DNA of 64,000 nucleotides, from IMG/VR virus record IMGVR_UViG_3300021978_000001, positions 373,491-437,490 of that record. The stretch is one strand, 5' to 3'. A program made the translations under genes and the position numbers. The notes below the pieces were generated by a model. That model did no database searches. It had not been told where the DNA came from and worked only from the letters and a program-made list of their open reading frames with translations. This document shows, one piece after another, positions 28,736 to 35,355 of this stretch. Each line of letters begins with the position of its first letter. The first letter of the stretch is position 1. The DNA is from a virus (lineage: Duplodnaviria; Caudoviricetes).

Positions 28736-30724
28736 ATGAACGAATTGACTCGTATCGCGCGCTGGGTCGAGCGCTTGGAGCAGGACCTTGATAGCCTGCA
28801 ACAACGCAAGGCCCACACTGAGGGGCGCATCGCAAAGAAGATCCGCACACTCGTCAAGATGGCCAACGAAGGTGGTGTCGTGGACCGTGAAGCCTTGCTT
28901 GCCTCGCTCGCAGCGCTGGAGGCGAAGATCGCCAACGCAGAGATGACGCACAAGACCCTCGAAGAGGTCGAGCAGGAAGTGGACCGCATCTACGGTGATC
29001 AGTCCAAGAACGAGACGTACTACTTCTCGCGCCGTAACAAGGGCGCCTCCGAGCGCGTTGCTGCAACCTTCAAGAACCTCAATGACCTCGGGGATTGGAT
29101 TAACCGCCAGCTCCGTGAAGCCGAGCGCAACGCAGGGGATGTCGAGCGCAACCTCGACCACTTCCTCGCCATGAGCATGCAGCTTCGTCGTGATGAGCTT
29201 GTCAACCAGGCTCACCTCGACACGTTCTTCAAGCGCATGGAGAAGCGCCTCTCGCGCTTGCCGAGTGATCGCTTCGAGCTGGAGATGGTCTACAGCGATG
29301 TCCTGGACGAGTTTGCCGGGATGGTCAAGCGCATCAAGGCGATGCGTGGTGGCCGCTTCGATCGTCAGAGCGCCTCGAAGATCTCAAATGCGTTTTGGAG
29401 CGCTTCGTATGTGCCTTCTGACTTGAATGACTTTCGGATGTATCTCAAGTACGAGGTCGATGAACTCTACCGAGAGGCTCAGGAGTATAGTCTTCCGGTA
29501 GTTCACGAGGCTATCGGCTCTTTCCGGGATGATATGCAGAAAATCTCTCGCCTGCCTTGGGTTCAAGGGACAGAAGCGGAGATCGTTCTAAAGAAACTCC
29601 TGGGTATGCTCAGGGCGTTGCCTGGCCCGAACGACGAGGATGGTATCTCCAGGATGTTGCGAAGTCTTTCTAGCGTGGTCAATGCTTTCATCAAGCGCAC
29701 ACGCAATGCAGGCTCCAAGGTCGCCGTCAATGGGCTCAATCCCATCGGCAACACCATCCTCGAACAGATGGGCGGGCGTCGCCTCTCTGCCATGCTCGGG
29801 GTCCAGCAATACTACGACATCCGCAATGGTGTCGGGTTCAAGTGGCCGAACCGTCAGCGCTCCAAGGGGAACTACGTCGAGATCGTCCTCAATGGCAAGG
29901 ATCTCTATGACATGACGTTCTTCAACGTCTCGCGCTCCGGCAAGAAGCGCGTCGCGCAGTTCAACGATCTCTTCGCAGAGAGCCTCGTGCGCGTCTTCGA
30001 GGATCACACGGGGTGGTACCTTCGTCTGGCCTCGGTCAACGCGTCTGAGGAGAGCACAGACAGCTCCTCGGGGTACAAGCCACGTGATCTCGAAGATGTC
30101 CAGGATGACTACGATAACACGTATGGCGACCAGGGCAAGAACGACACGTACTACGACATGCCTGCATCCGAGTACAAGACCGAGCTGTACAAGGACCTCG
30201 AAGCGCTCACGACGTATGTCTACGGCGAGGAGCACGAGAGCGAGTGGGATGGAAAGATGGATCAGGGCTTCGACTCGATGAAGAACGCCTCTCCCGATTG
30301 GCTGCGTGATGCAGGCGACTGGTGGCGTGACGCCCTGGAAGAGGATGGCCTCGTGATCGACCCTGCGGACCAGCTCGACCTCGGTCAGCCTGGCCCCTAC
30401 GATTACAACGCGCCCGAGCCTCTGGACGAGAACCACCCGCTCGGGATGCATGACTGGAATGGTCATGACCCCATGGATGGCTTGCTCGGACGCCAGAGCA
30501 AGGTTCAGGAAGCCGCGCGCAAGTTGATGGCGACCTTGCATAGTGATCACGATCTTCGTGACGTGGCCGCGCGTAAGGAGGTCCTGCACCGCCTCGCCTC
30601 GCGTTACCAGATCACGCGTGCGCAGGCAGCACGTATCGCCAAGACGCTCGAAGCGCATCCTGTGACGTTGAACACGCCTGCTGCTTGTGGGCGCGTCGCA
30701 TCAGCGTTGATGAACGTGCTCTGA
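28736..30724 (+). CDS. large multi-domain protein, putative internal head/ejected protein
   Basis: AAGGAG RBS; coiled coil; NTILEQMGG.R...DLYDMTF...FEDHTG domain; many R/K-x-A motifs. Confidence 0.65.
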   Translation: MNELTRIARWVERLEQDLDSLQQRKAHTEGRIAKKIRTLVKMANEGGVVDREALLASLAALEAKIANAEMTHKTLEEVEQEVDRIYGDQSKNETYYFSRRNKGASERVAATFKNLNDLGDWINRQLREAERNAGDVERNLDHFLAMSMQLRRDELVNQAHLDTFFKRMEKRLSRLPSDRFELEMVYSDVLDEFAGMVKRIKAMRGGRFDRQSASKISNAFWSASYVPSDLNDFRMYLKYEVDELYREAQEYSLPVVHEAIGSFRDDMQKISRLPWVQGTEAEIVLKKLLGMLRALPGPNDEDGISRMLRSLSSVVNAFIKRTRNAGSKVAVNGLNPIGNTILEQMGGRRLSAMLGVQQYYDIRNGVGFKWPNRQRSKGNYVEIVLNGKDLYDMTFFNVSRSGKKRVAQFNDLFAESLVRVFEDHTGWYLRLASVNASEESTDSSSGYKPRDLEDVQDDYDNTYGDQGKNDTYYDMPASEYKTELYKDLEALTTYVYGEEHESEWDGKMDQGFDSMKNASPDWLRDAGDWWRDALEEDGLVIDPADQLDLGQPGPYDYNAPEPLDENHPLGMHDWNGHDPMDGLLGRQSKVQEAARKLMATLHSDHDLRDVAARKEVLHRLASRYQITRAQAARIAKTLEAHPVTLNTPAACGRVASALMNVL

Positions 30725-30785
30725 ATGAACGGAAGTGGTGTCGGGAGTATATAGCTTTACGAACACTCGATAAGGAGAAGTCCAC

Positions 30786-31427
30786 ATGAGGGACAACGAC
30801 AGCTACATCTATCGCAAAGGCACCACGCCCAACACGCGTATCGCGATCAGCCAGAAGAACAAGCTCTACTCGGTGGCGCGCGGCCAGACTGCGTTTAGCC
30901 AGGTCGGGCTCGTGTCGAGCTTCGGGTTGAGCGAATCGCGCGCTGTGGACGAGGTGCGTGGGATGGGTTACGGTGATCAGATCGCAGAACTCGTGCCCGG
31001 AGTCACCGGCGCCATGAGCATCTCGGTCAGCCGCACCTTGCTCTATCTCGCAAACATCTACCAGGCCATGGGATACGCTGCGGGCATTGACGGCCTCGTG
31101 CGAAGCCTCAAGCACCACCAGTGGCCCTTTGACCTCAAGCAAGAGCTGGTGTTCTCGCGCATCGCCACCAACTCGCAGAACAACCCCAAGCTCACGGTCC
31201 CCTCTTCGGATGGGGTCAACGAGGCACTCCTCGTGTTCTTCGAGGCTTGCTGGATGGAGTCCTACTCCGCCAACTACGCTTCGGACGCGGCGATGATCTC
31301 GGAAGACGTGGGCATCAAGGCTACCGACGTGATCGACGGTACCTCGACCTACGGCGAGCTTGCTTCCGATGCAGAGTCCACGGGTAACAACCCGTTCTCC
31401 GAGATCGGTTCGCTTCGCTACGGCTAA
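30786..31427 (+). CDS. putative tail tube protein
   Basis: VG.VSSFGLSESRAVDEVRGMGYGDQIAELVPG...SISVSRT...FEACWMESYS.NY; size and pattern of myovirus tube proteins. Confidence 0.65.
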   Translation: MRDNDSYIYRKGTTPNTRIAISQKNKLYSVARGQTAFSQVGLVSSFGLSESRAVDEVRGMGYGDQIAELVPGVTGAMSISVSRTLLYLANIYQAMGYAAGIDGLVRSLKHHQWPFDLKQELVFSRIATNSQNNPKLTVPSSDGVNEALLVFFEACWMESYSANYASDAAMISEDVGIKATDVIDGTSTYGELASDAESTGNNPFSEIGSLRYG

Positions 31428-31443
31428 TCCGTCGCTTTGACGT

Positions 31444-31487
31444 AAAAAAGCCCGCTCTCCTACAAAGAGAGCGGGCTTTTCTTTTTT
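31444..31487. terminator. bidirectional intrinsic terminator
   Basis: AAAAAAGCCCGCTCTC-CTACAAA-GAGAGCGGGCTTTTCTTTTTT between tube gene (+) and solitary CRISPR repeat (-). Confidence 0.9.
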
Positions 31488-31512
31488 CGGGGATGTTTGC
31501 GTGGTAACGAAT

Positions 31513-31541
31513 CGGACCATCCCCGCGCATGCGGGGAAACC
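31513..31541 (-). CRISPR. solitary type I-E CRISPR repeat (cassette 1)
   Basis: Minus strand GGTTTCCCCGCATGCGCGGGGATGGTCCG; CCCCGC/GCGGGG hairpin; no second repeat within one period. Confidence 0.9.
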
Positions 31542-31584
31542 TTTGATACAACCTGTCACACCTTACAACACCGAACTTCGCGTT

Positions 31585-31640
31585 CCTGTACCGAGTCAAA
31601 GGGTACCTCGACTTGACACTACCTGTCAAGTGTTATTCGA
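31585..31640 (-). promoter_or_regulatory. CRISPR cassette promoter copy 1 with 8-bp inverted repeat
   Basis: TTGACA(31629-24)-N18-TACCCT(31605-00); ACTTGACA-N5-TGTCAAGT; 49/56 identical to 32398..32453. Confidence 0.8.
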
Positions 31641-31844
31641 GGCTCTTCTCCTCACTATCATCTCTTTCCCTGAGATCAAGCGCAAGACCGAATCTGCGAC
31701 GGTGCGGCGACGGCCATCATCGAAGCAGACATGCGCGCCGTTGTCATCATCCCCGAGAAGTGTTCCCATGCCGTACTCGGGGTGAAGTACGCGATCTCCG
31801 CGAAACCACCAAGTTCTTTGTACGAGCGTCGTGTCTTTTGTCAT
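31626..31844 (-). CDS. small SH3-like protein (DUF3553-like)
   Basis: AAGGA RBS; GDRVLHPEYGMGTLLG...VCFDDG.RR; stop lies inside the -35 of promoter copy 1. Confidence 0.65.
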   Translation of the reverse strand: MTKDTTLVQRTWWFRGDRVLHPEYGMGTLLGDDDNGAHVCFDDGRRRTVADSVLRLISGKEMIVRRRASNNT

Positions 31845-31855
31845 GGCGCTTCCTT

Positions 31856-32113
31856 TTATGCTGGTCGAAAGTTCCCTACCGCCCACCGTAGCAGGCGTCC
31901 CATTGCCTGAACACTCTCATCTGAGCTTGCGAGCAACCTCGTAGCGGCTTCAGTAGCGCGCTGCTCTGCATCCCCCGAGGTGCCCTCGAAGGCATCCCTC
32001 ACAGCGCGCTTGACGCTTTCTGGGACGTCATTGGCGCGCTCCACAAGGTCGAGACCTTGCGTAGGATTTGCAGCCAACGCGTCGGCGTAAAATACCATCG
32101 TTGTTCGTGCCAT
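31856..32113 (-). CDS. 85-aa helical hypothetical protein directly downstream of array 2
   Basis: ATG 2 nt after terminal repeat; GAGGA SD lies inside the repeat. Confidence 0.7.
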   Translation of the reverse strand: MARTTMVFYADALAANPTQGLDLVERANDVPESVKRAVRDAFEGTSGDAEQRATEAATRLLASSDESVQAMGRLLRWAVGNFRPA

Positions 32114-32115
32114 TT

Positions 32116-32327
32116 TATCCTCGCCCCGCACACGCGGGGAACACTGGTCAATGTCTGAGCGCACGATCTCAGTGATCGGACCATCCCCGCGCACGCGGGG
32201 AACACGGTGAGGGCTGGAGCCGTCACGAGGTGGACATCGGACCATCCCCGCACGCGCGGGGAACACATCTGGTCCCAGGTCTCGGGTGTCCAGTTCACCG
32301 GACCATCCCCGCGCACGCGGGGAACAC
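32116..32327 (-). CRISPR. type I-E CRISPR array 2: 4 repeats, 3 spacers of 32 nt
   Basis: Repeats at 32299-32327, 32238-32266, 32177-32205 and degenerate 32116-32144; 61-bp period. Confidence 0.97.
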
Positions 32328-32453
32328 TCTTCAAATGTCCAGTTCCGTAAGTCCTCGGATTCTTTACAGAATCCTCGAACCCTCGCGAACCCGCTTCCCT
32401 GTACCGACTCGAAAGGTACCTCGACTTGACAGGTCGTGTCAAGTGTTATTCGA
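32328..32453 (-). promoter_or_regulatory. CRISPR leader plus promoter copy 2
   Basis: Leader ends TTTGAAGA before GTGTTCCCC; GGATTCT-N4-AGAATCC inverted repeat; TTGACA-N18-TACCTT; ACTTGACA-N5-TGTCAAGT. Confidence 0.85.
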
Positions 32454-32697
32454 CGACTTTTCCATCACTCGCAGGGATGAACACCCCCGGCCCGCGTTCG
32501 AGCACGGCGAAAAACCCCTGCTCGCCATTATGGACCCCCCTGTGCGCGGGATGGTTACGGAAAGCGACGCGTCGGCCTTTCGAGCCATCCACGGTCACGT
32601 CGATGCGGCATTTGGTGCCAGGTCCGATTTGGGCCATGTACGTGTCGGGGTCGATGATTTTGTGGCCGTAGGTGTTCGTGCCGTCTTCGTTCGTCAT
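32446..32697 (-). CDS. hypothetical protein
   Basis: GAGGA RBS; own class I promoter; stop abuts promoter copy 2. Confidence 0.65.
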   Translation of the reverse strand: MTNEDGTNTYGHKIIDPDTYMAQIGPGTKCRIDVTVDGSKGRRVAFRNHPAHRGVHNGEQGFFAVLERGPGVFIPASDGKVVE

Positions 32698-32735
32698 AGC
32701 ATTCCTCTCTTGATGGTGAGTTCACGTTACGCTTT

Positions 32736-32765
32736 ATCTATACCACAAGAGGGACAGGCCGTAAA
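32736..32765 (-). promoter_or_regulatory. recurrent phage promoter class I
   Basis: TTTACG-N17(...CTTGTGG)-TATAGAT. Confidence 0.75.
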
Positions 32766-32768
32766 GAA

Positions 32769-33257
32769 TCAATCTCCAGGCAAGAGGGAGTGACTCGGCA
32801 CATCCTTGACACCGAGCAAGGAAGGGAGGAAGGCGAGCGCTTCTTCGATCGTGGGGAAGATGAGGTCTGCGGCTTCACGGATGAACGCGTGATCCATGCA
32901 ATGCCCATCCGTCAGCCCCGCGATCACGACCAGCGTGTGCTCTTGACGCGAGGCCCACGCGATCTCGAAGGTGGTCCCGAGCGAGCGCGAGGTGGCGCCG
33001 GTGAGATCCGCGAGCAGGACATCGGCTTGCGCGACCATCCAGGAGTCCCGCCCGAAGATGGCGCGGTCATTGGAGATGGGGTCTTTGTAGCCCTTGGCCT
33101 TGGCTTCCCCTTGCCCGAGCAAGTGCTCCTTACCGAGCATCGGATGCAGGACATGGAAACCCATCGCCTTGAGGACGGTCCCGCGCTCGTGGAAGTGGTT
33201 GTAAGCGTCGTCGAGGTCGAGGCCCGTGATCGGTCCGGCTGCGTAAATGGTGGTCAT
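32769..33257 (-). CDS. nucleoside 2-deoxyribosyltransferase / NMP hydrolase-like protein
   Basis: IYAAGPITG, VLHP, D...V.QADVLLA, S.GT.FEIAWA. Confidence 0.8.
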   Translation of the reverse strand: MTTIYAAGPITGLDLDDAYNHFHERGTVLKAMGFHVLHPMLGKEHLLGQGEAKAKGYKDPISNDRAIFGRDSWMVAQADVLLADLTGATSRSLGTTFEIAWASRQEHTLVVIAGLTDGHCMDHAFIREAADLIFPTIEEALAFLPSLLGVKDVPSHSLLPGD

Positions 33258-33380
33258 GGTGTGCTACCTGTTGGTGACCCTGGGGAGGGTATCTCTCTTG
33301 TACCTCGAATGCTCCGGCCTGTCCAGTAAGCTGTGATATTTCCCTTGTAATGTGGGCTCTTTGACCCATGAGGAGGCGCC

Positions 33381-33755
33381 ATGGCTTCGGTTCGAGAAAT
33401 CCTGCACACGTATCTTGGGATGAACGTCTCGGGGAAACTCCGTGATGCCTTGATCGACATGTTGAGCTACAAGTCCCTCCCTTCCTGGGAGGATTGGCAA
33501 ACATGGTACCTCAATACAGTCGTGGAACACCTGGTTATCTTGTTGCCGGGTGCCACAGGGGACGGTCACGAAATCACGTTCACGCACTCTGAACACGGCT
33601 GGGTTCACCTGGCCTTTTCGTTTCGCACGGGTACCCAGACGCTTTGCGTGTCGATCCGAACCTCGAATCACCATGTGTGTTTGTATGAGGAAGACCCAAA
33701 CCTGTTGAGTCTTCTGGTCGTGCGCATTCACGAGACCCTGAGAGATCTATCATGA
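33381..33755 (+). CDS. hypothetical protein
   Basis: GAGGAGG RBS. Confidence 0.65.
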   Translation: MASVREILHTYLGMNVSGKLRDALIDMLSYKSLPSWEDWQTWYLNTVVEHLVILLPGATGDGHEITFTHSEHGWVHLAFSFRTGTQTLCVSIRTSNHHVCLYEEDPNLLSLLVVRIHETLRDLS

Positions 33756-34363
33756 CACTCGACGAACTCAAGACCACCTTGCTCGCCATGGGTGTTCAAC
33801 ACCCCGAAGTCAAGCTCCAGTTGCGCGCGGTGATGGATACGCTCTCGACAGGTGTCTTCGATCCCTCCCGTATCGCACGCACGAGGCGTGTGGCCGCGAT
33901 CCCCAAGAAGTACGAGCATCTCGACTTCACGCCACCCAAGGACGTGCAGGAGGCCGCAGGGCAGGGTCTCGAACTGCGTCAGGAGCAAGAGGGCGATAAG
34001 GCGGGGTTGACCAATGAAGAGGCGAGCGATCAGGGCATCGGGTCTGGTGTGCAGCGCGCGGTCAACCTCAAGAACGGGACCAAGCTCGAACCTGACACCA
34101 TCCGGCAGATGGATCGGTTCTTCAAGCGCTTCGCGTCTCTTATCGAGAAGGCGCGTCGTCTCACCAAGAAAGAGGAGATCCTCAAGTCCAATATGCATAT
34201 CAGTGATCTGCTCTGGGGAGGCGCGCCCGGTGAGAAGTGGGTCACCAAGATGATCCGCGAGATGGATAAGGCGGATGAGGCAGAGAAGAAAAAGGAGAGC
34301 GCCCTCGCACGTCGCGTCGCTTCTGTTTACCTTATGGCGCGAGGCGTGGCTCAGGGTCATTGA
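33752..34363 (+). CDS. phage head-associated domain protein
   Basis: FTPPKDVQEAA..GLELR...GVQRA.NL.NG....DTIRQM.RFF.R...LLWGG..G..W pattern seen in phage head/protease fusions; ends ARRVASVYL. Confidence 0.65.
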   Translation: MTLDELKTTLLAMGVQHPEVKLQLRAVMDTLSTGVFDPSRIARTRRVAAIPKKYEHLDFTPPKDVQEAAGQGLELRQEQEGDKAGLTNEEASDQGIGSGVQRAVNLKNGTKLEPDTIRQMDRFFKRFASLIEKARRLTKKEEILKSNMHISDLLWGGAPGEKWVTKMIREMDKADEAEKKKESALARRVASVYLMARGVAQGH

Positions 34364-34703
34364 GCGGTCGCACGCGCTCCAGCTTCACGTCATCCTGGTG
34401 CACGAGTACGCGCTGTCCTTCCTGGCGTTGGATCTCCCAGCACGCCCATTGCACATCCTTGTAGATGGATTCACACAGGTTCTTGACCTGGTTATAGGCT
34501 TCCTTGCCCTCCTGATACCAGAGACGGTCCATCGAATCCGAATCGAAGAGAAGATAGGTACGCCTCTCTTCGGGCTGAAACCCGTGCGCCTTGTATGCTG
34601 CGTCCGGCGTATCATGCTCGGTTAGATGAATCGTGAGCTTGGTTTGTGCCAGCCCATCCTCCTGTTGCTTTATCGTACCCATTTTCACACTGAGCCATGT
34701 CAT
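34332..34703 (-). CDS. 123-aa hypothetical protein directly downstream of array 3
   Basis: AGAAGGA SD begins immediately after terminal repeat; ATG 14 nt downstream. Confidence 0.7.
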   Translation of the reverse strand: MTWLSVKMGTIKQQEDGLAQTKLTIHLTEHDTPDAAYKAHGFQPEERRTYLLFDSDSMDRLWYQEGKEAYNQVKNLCESIYKDVQWACWEIQRQEGQRVLVHQDDVKLERVRPLNDPEPRLAP

Positions 34704-34717
34704 GGTTGTTTCCTTCT

Positions 34718-35162
34718 GGGGCTATCCCCGCGCATGCGGGGAATGTCGTTTCGCGCGTAAACAGGGCATCGAGCCATCCCCACAGATGTGGGGAACATAG
34801 GAGGCGAGCGCCAACATGAGACCAGATCCTCGGACCATCCCCGCACATGCGGGGAAAACATGTCCATATTCTCACCAATGAGTGAGGGCGAGCCATCCCC
34901 GCATGCGCGGGGAACACGGGTATACCCGGTATAGGAGGTATTCCTGGAATAGGGCCATCCCCGCATGCGCGGGGAACACAAAGAGTGGTGCGTGCGCGGT
35001 TCCAGACCCACCGGACCATCCCCGCACGCGCGGGGAACACGACAGCAGCGCCCACACGGGCATCACACGCCCCGGACCATCCCCGCGCATGCGGGGAACA
35101 CTCCGTCAATGAGGTCAGCATCCGCCCATATTGCGGACCATCCCCGCGCATGCGGGGAACAC
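34718..35162 (-). CRISPR. type I-E CRISPR array 3: 8 repeats, 7 spacers (32,32,32,33,29,32,23 nt from leader)
   Basis: Repeats at 35134, 35073, 35012, 34951, 34889, 34831, 34770, 34718 (29 nt each); degeneracy increases away from leader. Confidence 0.97.
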
Positions 35163-35278
35163 TCTTCAAATGTTCAGTTCCGTAAGTCCTCGGATTCCTT
35201 AAAGAATCCTCAGACCCTTCCGAACCCGGTTCTCTGTACCGACTCGAAAGGTACCTCAACAGGCCAAACCCTGTCAAG
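35163..35278 (-). promoter_or_regulatory. CRISPR leader plus promoter copy 3
   Basis: 86/95 nt identical to leader 2; TTGACA(35277-72)-N18-TACCTT(35253-48). Confidence 0.85.
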
Positions 35279-35355
35279 TATGTTTTTTCTCCAGTGGTAT
35301 TCTTCTTGTGGCGTGAGCTTTACAGGAATGACTGTCTCTCACGCGAGTTATCATC

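Noticed and set aside
31999-32442. ORFs spanning array 2, including the N-terminal extension of 31856..32266
   Set aside because: Repeat-derived reading frames; the real start is the ATG at 32113 with an SD.
32145-35133. Self-targeting spacers
   Set aside because: Only short chance-level matches were seen (e.g. GACCTGGG.CCAGA near 28080). An exhaustive search could not be run, so this is unconfirmed rather than excluded.
34612-35277. 221-aa minus-strand ORF (and other ORFs) running through array 3
   Set aside because: The translation is just repeated CRISPR units (VFPAHAGM/CSPHARG). The GC-rich repeats lack stops and there is no credible RBS.
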